From contig CAVNZM010000010.1 of the NCBI GenBank assembly GCA_963693365.1, positions 4,586,159-4,650,158 on the forward strand: a stretch of DNA of 64,000 nucleotides. Reading direction: 5' to 3'. Under the pieces are notes generated by a model. It was not told where the DNA came from. It saw only the letters and a program-made list of their open reading frames with translations, and searched no databases. The stretch comes from Amoebidium appalachense. Its lineage: Eukaryota; Protista; Ichthyosporea. This document shows, one piece after another, positions 1 to 38,395 of this stretch. Position 1 is the stretch's first letter. Each line of letters opens with the position of its first letter. A program made the translations under genes and the position numbers.

Positions 1-241
1 CGCACACACGCACGCATACACATACACACACACACTCTCTCTCGCGCGCTCTCGCTCTCTCTCTCCCTTCCCCCCCCCCCCCCCCCCCTTCTCTCTCTTC
101 CTCTTTCTCTGTCCCCCTCCCTCCCTCCCTCGCTCTATCCCTCCCTTCCCCTCCCTGCCTCCCCCTTTTCAACCTTTCTGCGCCTCCTCTACCGTCCCTC
201 CTCATTTCACTTTCCATTCACTGTTTTGTGGTGGAACTTAC

Positions 242-401
242 AGACAGCCAAGTAGTTTCCAGACGGTGAGAGCCACGGCACAGCGAACTGAGAGGCGTTG
301 GCTCTAATTTTGTAGTCATGAATCTTGGCATTCGCCCAGAACCTGGTGTCTGGCTTGGCAACAGTGTGCCTGAATCTGCTTTGATACACCGTAGCCTCCA
401 T
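242..401 (-). CDS. First coding exon of a coronin-like WD40 protein; gene continues left of the window
   Basis: ATG at 401. Translation MEATVYQSRFRHTVAKP...KIRANASQFAVPWLSPSGNYLAV resembles the coronin N-terminus (SKFRH motif, AN..FAV.W). A canonical GTAAGT donor starts at 241 on the - strand, followed by low-complexity intron sequence. Confidence 0.65.
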
Positions 402-1610
402 TACGTCTCGTTCCTACTAACCACTAGGATTTGGGCAGAAAGTAAAGTGCAAGACGAATTGCCCTGTATATTCAGATTACCGTGAAGCATTTCTTTATCT
501 GCCATGTATTTTTGACTACTTATGATGCACAACTGTATACAGTTTCGTACACACACACACCCATCGCTCCTGCCCTAATCCCTAACTCTATTGTCCTTGG
601 TCGGTCTCTTAAGACCCAGAAGCCTGCTATAGTCCCAGAAAGCTTAATTCGCCACCCATAGGCTTCTGCCCCCATAGACAAACTCTGCCATGTATGTTTC
701 CTTTATCGCATATATGTCTAAGAATACATGTTCCTGGTTGGATAGTCTTCCCGGGCTGCCGCTGTGCACGGTGCACAACTGATGCGGCACAGAAAACAGA
801 AAAACGGGAAACAGCGCGCGAACATTTGAACTGTGATTGTTCAACCAATCAGTTCACCTGTGCTTCAACTTGCCATATTAGGAAGGCTTTTTGGCACAGT
901 CAGTAGCCAGCTGTCAGATGCCTGCGCGGGCATACATAGAGAGTGGTTTAGGGCTCGCTTTTTCTTTTTGCGATGCATACATATATAAAGAGGAAACATA
1001 AGTATTGTGACCCGTTTTGTGCCCTTCTACAGCTGGTGCATCATGCAAGCGCGAGGGCACACCTGCTTGACTTTGAGCCCTTCGAGCAGGGACCCAAGGG
1101 CATGGGCAACGCTCCTTTAGACTAAGGAATCTATCTTTGGCCAATCAAAAGCCACATGAGCAGTTTTGGCGCCAACCACACGGTACGCAAACGGCCAGAT
1201 GAATGATAGTGTGAGGCCTCTTTTCACGTTTCGACCTCTCTTTCTCACTGACTTTTTCCCGCTCAGTGTCCAGTGTTTTTCACCGTGAGGGACAAAAATA
1301 TACTCAGAGCTTTTGTAGTAAAAAATTGCTATAAGTCTTTTTTTTTTAGCGTTTATTCCTGTTATACCTGTGTGGTAGGGTTTGGTTTACTGTGAGGCTG
1401 TTTGTAGAGAGGACGTTCGACCTTGCACTTGAACTAAAGTTTCACGACGATTCTGTCAAAGCCAGAATAAGCCTATAGCCCAACGAGCTCTTATAGTACT
1501 TTTTTTGCTTTCTATTAATAGACAGTGAGCTGCCCTTTCTTCTGGAAAAGTTTTTTTGTCCAATAGATGTTTAGGTGATCGTTGGCAAGGGTCGCCGGGC
1601 CAAAGCAAAC

Positions 1611-3026
1611 ATGGCAAGGTCTTCGCAGTTGATTAAGGGTATGATATCCTCTTTCCGCTGGCGGGTTAAAGTGTATGCGCTGGATGATGAGGCCACTTGG
1701 CGTGACAAGGGCACGGGTCATCTGACGGCCGAAATTAACGACGTACGAGACGTTGTGCTTGTTGTTCGCTCGGATGACGACGGAACGGGTTTGCTTGATT
1801 CGAAGGTTCAGCTTGAGGAAAACAAATACTCAGTCCAGCAAGACACACTAGTTCTATGGAAAGAAGCAGACGGCGCAGAGTTTGCACTGAGTTTTGAGGG
1901 CAAGGAGGGCTGTGATGACTTGCTTGACCTCCTAAAACGGCTGCAGAAACTGAACAAGTTGAAAAAGAGCAACGAACAAGCAGAAGACGATTTGGATTCG
2001 CCACTCCTCAGCCCCGATATTTCCGAAGATGTAACACTAGAAGAATCTTCCTCAGATTCGGAGGGTTTTCCGGAGCCCAAAGTCGGGCAGCTTGCAGAGC
2101 TAGCTACAGCCCTGAAGAACGTACACACGACCTTGCAAAAGAGAGTAGCCAGCTATCTATTAAAGAAAAACTATGCCAGAAGGCTCGCCGACCTGTTTGT
2201 GAAACTCGAGAGTGCCGGTGACCTCGAGAGACTCCAGCAGTTGTGCACCATATTCAAGGTAAGTGCTTTTTAGCAAGAACAGCAGCTGGTGCGTCTATTA
2301 GTGTCTGCAGAAGCTAGATTCAACGAAAAGGTGCACTTCGCACCACCCTCCGTTAATATTACTCAAGTTTCTTTGCACTTGATATCGCATACTGAACTAA
2401 ACATGCCTGCAGCCACGCACACAAACCTGGGCGCAGCCACAAAACACACTATCGTGCTCCTTTCTCTTCCTCCCTTCTTGGCTTGTAGCTTGGGTGGAAC
2501 GTCACAGTAAGGGGCCCCATACAAGCCGTGTCAAAACGATTAACGCAAATGTCTCTCCAGGCCATGTTTGATTTGGGCGAGGCATCAATAGTTGAAGAAA
2601 TCTGCGAGGAGGGAATCCTGACAGAAGTCATTGGCGCCCTTGAGTACGAGCCAGGCACAGACCGGCTCAACCATCGCGAGTTCTTATCCAGGCAAAGCAA
2701 GTTTGTAGAGGTATGCAACTGTAACAGCAACTGGCCATAGCATATTTGTTACACAAGGAGAGTGCTGGCTGTGTTGTAGTCTTGCGTGAGCAGGTGATGT
2801 TAGTCTGCAGGGAAGCATAGGATGGTCTTGGGTCATTAGTAAGGGGAGTATGTTTCGAATTTTTGTGGTATTCCGAGCGGGAGGAAGGGATTTGGAGGGT
2901 GGAGGGGGAGAAGGAGGGGGGGGAGGGGGGGGGGGGTCGGCATTCTAACCAGGGGGAAGGGTTGGGGGGGGGGGGGGGGGGGGGCGGTAGCCAGCGGACA
3001 CGCAGGGAGCTTGCTTGGGGCGGCAG

Positions 3027-3058
<32 letters not shown>

Positions 3059-3646
3059 AACGGGTGCAGAAAAACCAATCAGGTTTTTGTCCTCAACGGA
3101 AGTCAGGGAAGATCCATGGAAACAAGAAAAACGGCCTTTTGTTTTCTTAACCTAATGTTCTGTCCAGGGAGAGCATAGAAGAAAAAAAAAGCTACCTTAA
3201 AGCAAGCCTAACACTAATGATTGTCGTAATGCTCGCAGGTGATCCAAATCCGCGACAATGCGCTTCTCCAACGGATCCACACCTCCTATCAGCTGGGATT
3301 CCTCCGCGACGCCGTGCTCGGGTGCGTACCGGACGACCCAGTCAGCAACACCATCAGTACGTGCATCAACAGTTACAACACAGAGGTCGTGCGGTGCCTT
3401 CTGGCCGACAACAAGTTTCTCAAGCAGCTGTTTGGCGAACTGCTTGGGAAGAAACCGTGCGAGAGGGCCACAGGCGAGCGTGCTACCCGACTTCTTGGGT
3501 TGGTGCAGTCTCTGTGCGAGCTGATTTGCTCCATGCCAAGCAGCCACCGAAAAGAGATTATGGAGGTCAGTGGTCGGTTTCCGTGTGTATATTTTGATGA
3601 TTTGTCCTCCCCTTCCCCCACCTCCCTCTCCCTTCCTGCCCTTCTT

Positions 3647-3709
<63 letters not shown>

Positions 3710-4479
3710 CACAGACACAGACACACACACACACACACACACACACACATCCTCTCTTCCTTATGTACACTTTCTTACTCCTCACCCAACCCCTTTGCCG
3801 ATGGCATCTCTTCCTCCCCCCCCCCCCCCCCCCCCCCAATTCCCCTCCCCCGAACCTCAATACAAACAGTTCCTCTTGCGACGTCAATTGCCTCGAGCTC
3901 TCTCTCACCAAACCTCCTGATTCCCCGTTCGCTCAACCCGCTTCCTACTTGCCTCCTCCCCCTCTCCCCCCCATCCCCCCCCCCCTCTTTTACACACACA
4001 TCATGTGACCACACACACAGACACTTCCCGAAAGTCCTCCCCTCCCCCCCTCCCCCCCCCCCCCCTCCCCCTCCCCATGTACCTTTCTCCCTTTCCTTGT
4101 CCATCATCCCTTCCTCTGTGTTCACCCAAACACACACACACAAATCTTGTCTTTTCTCCTGCTGGCCTACCACCTCGTTCATCCCATCTAACCAGTCAAC
4201 AACCAATTAAATTCATGTCTAACATGCACTCTTACACATACAGCTGGGAATCCACAAATACTTGAGATTTGCATGCCGATACAGTCGTTAACTCACTCAT
4301 GTCTAACATGCACTCTTACACATGCAGACCCTCATGGAGTATGGGCTGCTGGACCCACTGGCCGCCTACCTGGAGGACCCACGGCACACTGCGTCCGCCA
4401 TTGAGGCAAGTGTTGCACACTCACGTGTTTCAGATACATGCTTTTCAAGCTCCCCACCCACCCACCACCACCACCACCA

Positions 4480-4512
<33 letters not shown>

Positions 4513-5277
4513 ACCACCACCACCACCACCACCACCACCACCACCACCACCACACACTCACGCACACGCACATACACACACACGCTCACACACACACACA
4601 CACACCACCACCACCACCACCACCACCACTACTCCACCGTACATACACATGCACACACATACACACCCACATGCACCCCCACCGTATGTACGCCCTCGTG
4701 CACACACAAACACACCTTTTCTACCTCTCCAAACCCCTTCTTCTCCCCCTCCCCCATCCCTCATCCCCCCCCTTCCCCCCCCCCCCCCCTGCTCCTCTCC
4801 TTCTCCTCCCCCAAGCCCCCCCCCCCCTCCTCCCCCCCCCCTCCCCCCCCCCCCCCAAAAAAAAAAAGAAAGAAAGAAAGAAGCAAGAAGAAGAGAAATA
4901 AAACACAAGCCCACGCAAAACCCCTTGCACCCCCTACACACCCAAGCGCCTCCACACCCTCTTGAACCGCCAATTCAGCTTGCTTTCTGTCTGCTTGGAG
5001 CACAGTTCTGCCTTTCGGCCACACTGGTGCCTTCCTTAGGGCACCATGAATTACATGCAGACCCGCACTAGTTAGTCGGAATTTAGATGAGAAGGAGCTG
5101 GCAGCTAGGGGGGGGGGGGGGGGGTAATAGATGGATGTTGAAGGTGTGTGTTTGTGGGTATGCTTGTATGTGATTGTGTACTTGGGTGTGTTTGTGGCTG
5201 CTGTTCTTTACACACACACAGCAGGCACACACACACACTCGCTGTCTCTCTCTCGCTCGCTTTTTTTTTTTTTTTTT

Positions 5278-5308
<31 letters not shown>

Positions 5309-7619
5309 GATAAAGGAGATTAACGGTTACACACTGACCAAGGCGCACTATCACAGATCCTCAACGTGATTATTACAAACGACTGCTCTCTCGTCCAGGA
5401 ACAGATCATCCGTGATCACAAGGTCACTATCATGTCCCCCCCCCCCCCCCCCCCCCCCCCCTCCCCCTCTCCATTTCTCTTGTCCCCTTTTTTTCCGGTT
5501 TACACAAGCCAACTCGTCTGTTCTGCTTCTCTGTATTCTTTTTCTATGCATATCCCTTATTTTATCCCCACCTCCAAAGCTTACTCAATCGCATCTTGTT
5601 TTAGCTTCTGCACTGTTCGGCTTCATTTATTACCAATGTCGCTTTACTGATCCCCCCCCCCCCCCCCTGCCTTCCCTTCCCCCCTTCCCCCAGCCATCCC
5701 TAACCACTGTATACCTACACAACCGCACATTTAGTTCTCCTCAATACCCTATATTCTATTCACCTTTGCTCAAATCCGTGACTCAGGCATTGCTCATTCC
5801 CCTACCACCGACTACCGCTTTTGTATGCATCCTGCTCCACACGATCAGTAACAGCAACCAATAGTACACCAAACACAGGTTTCTCACAAACATCTTCTAT
5901 TCCAAATAATAAGCAACCTGTTTTTTTTATTGGCAAATACTCGGCATCACACAATCTCTTTTCCCACCTTTCTAACTTTCGAAAACATACCGCAACACTA
6001 TATATTTTCATTAAACACTCGCACTCACACAATCTTCTCTCACTCTTTTCTAACTTCCCATAACATCAACCCACTTTTACTTTTATCAAACACCAGCACT
6101 CACACAATCTCTTTTCACACCTTTCTAACTTCCACAACAACCCTTTTCCGCCACAGGGCAAGGAATCCGGCATTAAGAACTCGCGGCTGCTGGAAGCAAT
6201 AACCACCGTTCTGCTCGAGTCCAAGGACATCTCCGCCGTGTCTATGCTGACTGAACTTGTAAAGGCCGTTATGGTCATTGACTCTGAAGCGTGTTCGGTA
6301 AGTGTCGTATGAGATACGTTGCATATGTGTGGGTGCACACCTGTAGAAAAATTGTGATTGTATACAACTGCTCTGTTCATGCCAAACCCCCCCCCCCCCC
6401 CCCCTCCCTCCCTCCCCCCCCCTCCCTCCCCCCCCCCTCCCTCCCCCCCCCCCCCCCCAAAAAAAAAATCCCTCCTCCCTCTTTCTCTCCCCCCCCCCCC
6501 CCCACACACACACACACACACCACAATACACACACACTCTCTCTCTCTCTCATTTTCACTCACACTCACACACAAACCTACACATCATACCCTCACACAA
6601 CACTCGACATAATCATTCAGTCATCACCACACGTTTATACCACCATCTTATTTAAATTAATTTTTGATTTTTTTTCTTCGGCGGAGGGTGGGAGGGGAGC
6701 ACACGATTAGCTCTCCTGACACATCTCACACTGCTGTTTTACTCACCAGGCATCCCGACGGAGCCTAATTGCACGTGGCCTATGGGAGGGCTGCATCACC
6801 CGTCTAATCGCCAGCCTGTCGACTCTGGAGGACTCTGCCACAAAACACAACATGTTGCAGTGTGAGAGGATGCATCATCTCGTGGACTGTGTGGCTGCAT
6901 TCATGAAGGACTTTGCCAGGGCTGCTGTTATCAGGGCGGGTGTTCTGAGCTCTGGTGTGCTGCCCAAGGTGGGTAACGTTCTCGTATCTTAGAATAGGGT
7001 GGTCTTTATGTTCAAGCTGTGACGTGATATCTGCCTTTGTCATTGCTTGTGCTGCTGCTTGGATTGGTTGCACCTGTTTGTAATGGGTCCGTTATCTGCT
7101 TATGGGCTGGCCTTTGCTATGGACGATGAGCGGGTGGGTGATTTCTGGAGGCAGGGGGAGGGGGGGGGGGGGGGGGGATAAAGCTTTTGCAGATGTGTGC
7201 AGTGTGTGTGTGTGTGCGTGTGTGCGTGTGTTCTTGCACCTAAAATCCAGCATAGAAACAATCACACATACAGACGGCGCAAGCACATAGATGTGCCTGT
7301 GCTTTTTTTTTCATTTTATTCGTGTGTATATGTGAGTGCGGGTGGGCGTGTCTGGATGTGTTTGTGTGTGTGTGTGTGTGTGCATGTGTGTGTGTGTGTG
7401 TGTGTTCTTTGAGCTATAGCGCACCAACCCTAAAGCCCTGTCTGACGAAAATGGTTGCAGGTGGCCAAGCATATCAACAGCCGTGAGAAGCATCTTGCCC
7501 TTGGTAAGTGCCTATCACCATAGCATCTTCTGTATCCCCGTTCAGCACATATCTTACTCCCGTTCTTGAGGTTCGTCACTATGTATACAACCGAATGAGT
7601 TGTAAGAATTTAGAATAGG

Positions 7620-7694
<75 letters not shown>

Positions 7695-9426
7695 GGGAGG
7701 GGCGACGGGGTAAAGGCAATAGCCCGAGGGGGATGAGATGCATGTGTGTCTTTGTGGGGGAGAGGGGGGGAGGGGGGCTTGTGACGGTGAGAGTATGAAG
7801 GGAAAAGAAGGCTGTCAAGCACTTTGAAGGAGGGCAAGGGGGGGGGGGGGGGGGGGGGGGGGGGGGATAATAGTATAAATGTTGACCTGCTGTCATGCTC
7901 TTACACTTCATTTGTTCTTCTGCAGCGGCCCTTCGCCTTGTGCATGCCGTGGCAGCCACGGAGGATGAGACCTACGCACAGCACCTGCGCCAACACGACT
8001 GCCTGGGCCCCGTGGTCACCGTGCTGGCCCAGAACGCCTCCAGACACAACATGCTCTACTCGGCCGCATACACACTGCTCGACCTCATCAAAGTGGTAAT
8101 ACACCCTATCCCATCACCACAACTGCACGCAAAGCGTAAGCTGGCCCACGCATAGTGCTTTTAGCACGTGCAGGCATCACACCTACTCTCTTTCTGTGCA
8201 CTCAAAACTTGGGCTGGGCCACACATACATGTTGAAGTGCACCTGTAGAGCACCACAACTGCCCTCACTCTCTGCACTCAAAACTTAGGCTGGGCCACAC
8301 ATAAATGTTCAAGCGAATACAGGCACCACACGCACTCCCTTTCCCCCTTCCTCTGTGTGTCTCTTCCTCCCTGGCCACGGCCATCCCCTCGCACTTGGAT
8401 CCTCCTTTGCTCCTCCAACCCCATTTTTTCTCTTCTACCACCCTTGCTGATAGAGGAAAGAGATAAATAGTGTTTCTACTATCCCCCCCCCCCCCCCCCA
8501 ACTCCTCCTCCCACACACACACAGACACATACACACTCACACATACCTTCTCCCCGATATTCCCTCCTCTTCGCAAGCTCCACTCTGCTGCACATGTACA
8601 GTGATTTCGCAGCGGTGTCTCTGCTCTCCTTTGTCCCCTCCTCCCCATCCTCGTATCTCCTACGCACCTTCATACTTTGCTCTTTTTCCTTGATGGGTTT
8701 ACTCAGTATTCTCTCGTTTTTGCATCGTTTCTGGATGTGCAGTTCGGTATGATTATGAGGCCGTTCTGTTCTTCTTGCTTCTTTCCTGCATCCCCCCCCC
8801 CCCCCCACCCCACCCCCTTCCCCCCCCCCAAAAAAAAACGGATTTTTGCTGCACCTTCGGTTGTATGTTTGTACAAAGATTGCTGCCTGCTGCTGCACCT
8901 GAAATTCTGTCCCTCCCCCCCCCCCCCCCCCCCCCCCCCCTTTTTTTTTTTCTACGTTCTTCCCACACCTCTTCTTCATTCCTCCTCTTCTTTTTTGCTT
9001 CATTGAACGCTTCCATACATCGGGGCTGCACATACACGCACAACACAACCACATACACGCACAACCGCACACACAAACGCACATACAATGACGCCCCCAA
9101 CCAGACCGTAACCAACCATTCCAGCCGATGTAGCCAACATATCCACCAATCCTCACCAACCCTCCCCCCCCCACCCCCCCCTTCCCCCCACCAGAAAAAC
9201 AACAAGAGCCTGGTGGCGCACGTGGTCGAAATGCACGGAAAACGGCTTGCTCCACTTCTGCCGGACTTCAACGTGTGGGTTGAGAGGCACCAGACCAACA
9301 TGCTGTCTGCAGCAGCAAAGAGCAGGTGTGTTTTGCAAGTCTCCCTGATGGCAGATAAAATATGACCACGCACATGTGTGGGTGGGTGGGAGGGCGAGCG
9401 GGCGGGTGGGTGGTTCTGTGTGTGTG

Positions 9427-9478
<52 letters not shown>

Positions 9479-9998
9479 TGTAAACATAAATAAATATGGG
9501 TTGCTTGTTATGGAATTTGGCCGAAAGCTGTTCATGCATCCACATTGCACCTCGGGCCCATGTGGTGGAACTGCACGGAAATTCCACTTGCCTGATATAG
9601 AAATGGAATTATCCCCCCCTCTCTACCCCTCCCCCGCGCCACCACCACCACCCACCACCACCACCATCACCGTCTCCGCCCTTCGCCCCACTCTTTAACC
9701 GACACTATCCATGCAGGCAGGTGCACGTGCACGCACACACACAATCTCTATCTCTATCTCTATCTCTCCCTCTCTGCCTCTCTCTCTTACCCTCTCTGCC
9801 TCTCTCTCTCTCTCCCTCCCTCCCTCCCTCTCTTTCTCTCTCTCTCTCTCGTTCTCCCTCCCTCCCCTCCCTCTCTCTGCCCCCCTTCTCCCTCCCTCCG
9901 TCCCTCCCCTCTTTCTCTCTCTCTCTCTCGTTCTCCCTCCCTCCCCTCCCTCTCTCTGCCCCCCTTCTCCCTCCCTCCGTCCCTCCCTCTCGCTCTCG

Positions 9999-10062
<64 letters not shown>

Positions 10063-10717
10063 TCCCTCTCCCTCTCCCTCTCTCTCTATCTCGCTGACCT
10101 ATGAATACCCGTGCAGTAAATCTGCGGCATCAGGGAGCAAGCCAGGCCGAGTGAGGGGCCGTCTGTGGCAGCCCACCGACACCTCCAGCAAAACAGACGC
10201 AGCGGATGATTGGCTCGCTGAGCAAGCCCAATCCGGCACCGACCAGTCAACACCCGCCGGAGCACGCAAAACAAAGACCCAGCCATCGGAGAAAGAGGAC
10301 AAGGAGAACCATTTCGTCACGTCTTCGCCTGCAAGCCGCAAGCGGCCTGCTCCCGATTCCGATTCGGACGAGGAAGACCAAAAGCCGCCGTCAAAACCCA
10401 TGTCCAAGGGAACAATAACAACGGTCGGTAGGAGTCCGCGGGGACTATCCATCAAGTTTAAACGGGTGCGGTTGGAAGAACTACCGGGGACGGAGGGCGA
10501 GAACGACACAGACCCGGATACACCGTCTAAGCTCAAACCAGGCAAACAGAGGGAAGATATGGAGGAAGAAAGGGAGAAGGAGCCACGTAGCCCACTTTCC
10601 GGGAAATCGAACAGGCAACAGCAACAAAGGGAGAGCGTTGTGCAGGAGTCGACCGGCCCGTCGTCTCCTTTGAGAAGGTCTGTGCGGCGGCAGCAAGAAA
10701 CCGCGACGGTGATGTAA
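1611..10717 (+). CDS. PPP4R3: Protein phosphatase 4 regulatory subunit 3 (SMEK/Psy2), spliced
   Basis: Manually spliced exons: 1611-2258, 2561-2710, 3239-3565, 4328-4405 (GC donor), 5357-5422, 6157-6297, 6750-6968, 7461-7503, 7926-8095, 9195-9325, 10117-10717. Phases are consistent. N-terminal EVH1/PH-like RVKVYAL..W.DKGTGH..QQDTLVLW; SMK-1 region IGALEYEP..HREFL, IHTSYQLGFLRD; NMLYSA motif; low-complexity C-terminus. Confidence 0.9.
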
Positions 10718-11522
10718 TATATGGTGCATGTGGGGTGGGTGTAATGTATAGGTAAATTATTAGTTGGCTGTATGTTCTATGAAGCAGGAAGTATTACAGA
10801 AAACGCACAGTAGGCACAAGTTGGGTGTCTTGCCTGGTGAGGATACGATTGCACGGTGACGTTTCTAGTCATGTATGGTATGTAGTTCTAATGGTGCACA
10901 GACTTCGCTTTTGGCGTACGCAAAACGTAAACGGGATATCGATGTAAGCATTGAATTCGAGATGGGTTCATGGGGTTGGGTTGAGAGGTTAGGAGCAGGG
11001 GAGGCACGCATGTGCTTGCGAGTTTGTTTACATTTGAGTATCCACAAGCTTTCTCTATGGCTCTTCGGGGGGGGGGGGGGTTGACTTACGTACAAAGCTG
11101 ACCATATGCATACCAATGAAAGCTTTCGTTTCTGTTTTCAAATGAATAGAGAGATCCTGATTCTATTTGCTGCAAATGTGAGAGATTTCGTATGACATGC
11201 TTTACTACAGCATAGCTGCTCAGCTTGAGTCGTTGCTTTGATGTGGCACATACTCACACTCCCTGTGCATTCTCGCTAAAAGGAGAATACAGAATCATAG
11301 ATGACTTCACACCTGACTTGCCAGGCTAAAACTAGCTCATAAGTATGCAGAGACCAAACATGAGTAATAAACTAACAGTAAACACCCTACAACCATCAGC
11401 TAATGTTGCCTGAGCATAAGGATAAATTTTGTTATGGGAGTTATGCGATGTATTGTTCTGTACTGTTAAGAAACACTTGGATTTGTCACCGGATTCAACG
11501 GTTCTACAACTTGCCAAAGCCC

Positions 11523-11562
<40 letters not shown>

Positions 11563-11678
11563 TTTTTTCCCCATCCCATGCATGCTACTCTGCGGCACCA
11601 ACCAGCTGCAGCACCACAACCACCCCGACACACAGCGGCACACACACACACAAACACACCGTGCAGACACGTGTGCAT

Positions 11679-11731
<53 letters not shown>

Positions 11732-13623
11732 CACACACACACACGCACGCACACATGTACACACACACACACACGCACACACACACACACACACACACAC
11801 TGTATACATACACATACACACACACCCACACACTTGCACATGGAGATAATACAAACACAAGTGTTATAAAGGTTAGGTGCGCCTCATGCATTCACACACC
11901 AGTTATGTATGCAACTTTGAAAGCCAAAATGACATGATCCCAAAGTCCGAAACCACCATCACTTCAGTGGAGCTGCCGTCAATCCTGATCACGTCCTCTT
12001 TACTGTCTGTATGACAAATTACACGAGGTACACCCCAATGGAAGACCTACCAAAATTTTAAATGATGTAGTGTACACATCTGACCAAGTAGTGATAACCC
12101 AAAATTTAAAGAGGCATTCTCGGTCCCAATCAAATCGCTCAAAATTTTAAGAGGGATTTCGGTCCCAATCAGATTATCGAGTTTTAATTTATCCGATTTC
12201 CTGACCGGTTTTGGCGTTATCACCAACTGGCCCTAAGGTGAAGCATCCCCCCTTCCCCCCCTCCCCCCCCTCCCCCCCCCCCCCCCCCCCCCAGCCCTCC
12301 TCCCCCTCCCTCCCCTCCCCTCCCCCCCCCCCCCCCCCCCCCCCTCCCGGTTTGATATGAAGCGACTGCCAAGCAGGAAGCGGGGGCCGGTTATTCGCCT
12401 GATTTTGTGGATTTCGTATTATTTGCTATGATTAGGTATCATCCAATATTGCGTGTTTCACAGTAAGCTATGTTTACTTATTCATGAATGCGAGCTGGTT
12501 TCACGATTAGTGTTGCCGCTGCCTCCTAGATTGTTTAGGGGGAAAGTGGTCACCTGCACCTAAAGCATATTTACAAAGAGATTCGTCTTTATACCATTAG
12601 TTTTGCTGCGACATCACGGTTGGCAGACCGCGAAATTGTATTTGTATGTATACGTATTTGATACAAATGCGACGAATACGAAGAAAATTCACGAATGACG
12701 TTGAAAGAATAAATCTCTAACGTCATATGACCTTGAATAAATATGTGCAACGGTGTGTTAGTTCCTCCCCCCCCCCCCACACACACCCACACACACACCA
12801 AACACACATACACACACACAACACAACCCCCCCCACCCCCCCCCCACACACACACATACATGTACACACCGTAAACACACACACACGTGTGTACACACAC
12901 CACACACATCCGGCCCACACGCCTGCATGGCCACTAAAAAATCACTCACTTAACTGAGCATAAAACCTGTTCGCAGAATACACTGGATCCAAATTTCAGC
13001 CCTGTATAATACAGTATGTGTGCACTTCACCTTCACGAGGGTGATCTTTCCAAGCAACTACATCAAGCGTGGCGAACAAATAAACATCGATATGCCGGTG
13101 TGCATCGGTCTGGCCATGACCATCTAGGTCGACCGGGCCATTTCTTGCATGCACTGCATAGGCACGACACAACGACCATGCAACATCGAATTGCAGCATC
13201 GGCCATTGCATGCGCATTTGCCATGGCAATGGCAATTGTAGTGAGGGATGCAGCATGTTCGCAAGAAATCTTTTGCAAATATCGAGACTATCATTTAGAA
13301 TCAACTAGAGTGTGGCAAATATGTATGCACCCATGCTCGCAGTATTCTTTCACGGGGATATTCTTGCACTACGGTGAATCGATCCGCAGGCGATCGGCAG
13401 TATCGAACCGGAAAATCTAGAAAATGGGGCCGGTTTTGCTGAGAAATTAGGCTACACCACTTGTCCAGTCAAGCGAATGAGTCCGTCGTTGACACCGCGG
13501 CCGGGGTCAGTCACCGAACTGTTCATAGGTTACGATCACCTCAAGTGGAGCCTAAACAGATTATAATTAGTGAACGCCAAGTTAGAGTACCTCCTTTTTT
13601 TTTTCCTCTCCAACACAGTAACA

Positions 13624-16801
<3,178 letters not shown>

Positions 16802-17864
16802 GCACTGGCAGGCACACTCACGTGATTTGAAAATGGATTTGAACCAATCAGACAGCGGGAAAAGGATCCGGATGACGATGGCATCATGTGCATGTCACGT
16901 GACATTCACGTGATTTGAGATGGGTTTGAACCAATCAAACGGCGGGGAAAGACTCCGAAAGTGGATCATAAACCACATATGGCTGTATGTGGGTAAGGGA
17001 ATATTGAATGATTGACAATGCAAAAAATGATACGTTGGGCCATTTTGAAGTAGTGGTTGGCAGAAAGGTTACATATAATGGGGTACCAGCTATGGGGAGC
17101 TAATTATCACATGGGTTCTGAATGTTCAGAGAATTTACGAGCATACATGTTCATTTATTGTCGACGATTGTGCTGTGGGCCTGGTTTTGCCGCAACAATA
17201 AAAAACTACAGACATGCAAATGTGGATACTGAAGACTGCGTGATTGTGGGATCCAACACTTCCCCCCTCACTTCCCTCACCTCCACACAGTGACTACCCC
17301 CATGCACGTGCGCACATGTGAGGCAAAATATTTCATATTATCTGCAAAACATGTGATATACGAATACGTGGTTTACGCTGTTTACTCGAGGCAAAGTGGA
17401 GCATTGCGAGGAGTTGCAGAGGTCTCGGGAGGCAACAAGGAAAAAGACGTGTGTATAGTCATTTACGTGGCTGTAACTTACGGTGGCGTTGGAATTGTTG
17501 GACCAAGGCTCAGTGCACATGGTGCCACGCTCGTCACTCACGAGGCCTCGGCGCCGGCGCCAGGCGCAGTACCGTGACAGACTGACCCTGTGTAGCAACA
17601 GCCACTCAGCACATGAAATACTTAGCCGTATATAGTAATCTTTTACCTTGTTTTTGTTCCAGGGAACTTTCCTATTGGTGGACCTATAAAGCGAACACCA
17701 ATCAGATGCTTGCAGACAAAATTTCCAAGTTTCAAGAAATTCCGGTTTTCAAGCTGTCACGGCAGTTGCAGTGATGCACAGTACACACGACATTCCGAGT
17801 CTGTCCTTTACAAACTCAACCTTTTATGCTTTCCTTGTAGGTTTGTGTTGGTTTAACTGCAGCC

Positions 17865-38395
<20,531 letters not shown>

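Noticed and set aside
573-586. Telomere-like CCCTAA repeats
   Set aside because: Only two imperfect units.
5930-8320. Short local duplications in PPP4R3 introns (three ~80-bp units at 5930-6140; a pair at 8195-8310); similar pairs at 12100-12172, 49570-49627, 55415-55500 and 56117-56165
   Set aside because: Ordinary slippage-type duplications with no covariation or coding evidence.
11900-12010. Possible - strand exon after a CAG (SKEDVIRIDGSSTEVMVV...)
   Set aside because: No recognisable homology and no partner exons could be assembled.
13027-13130. Possible PIF1/Helitron helicase relic (FTFTRVIFP...PVCIGLAMTI*)
   Set aside because: Only a short loose resemblance, with no KSQG motif or other helicase motifs; it would need BLASTX support.
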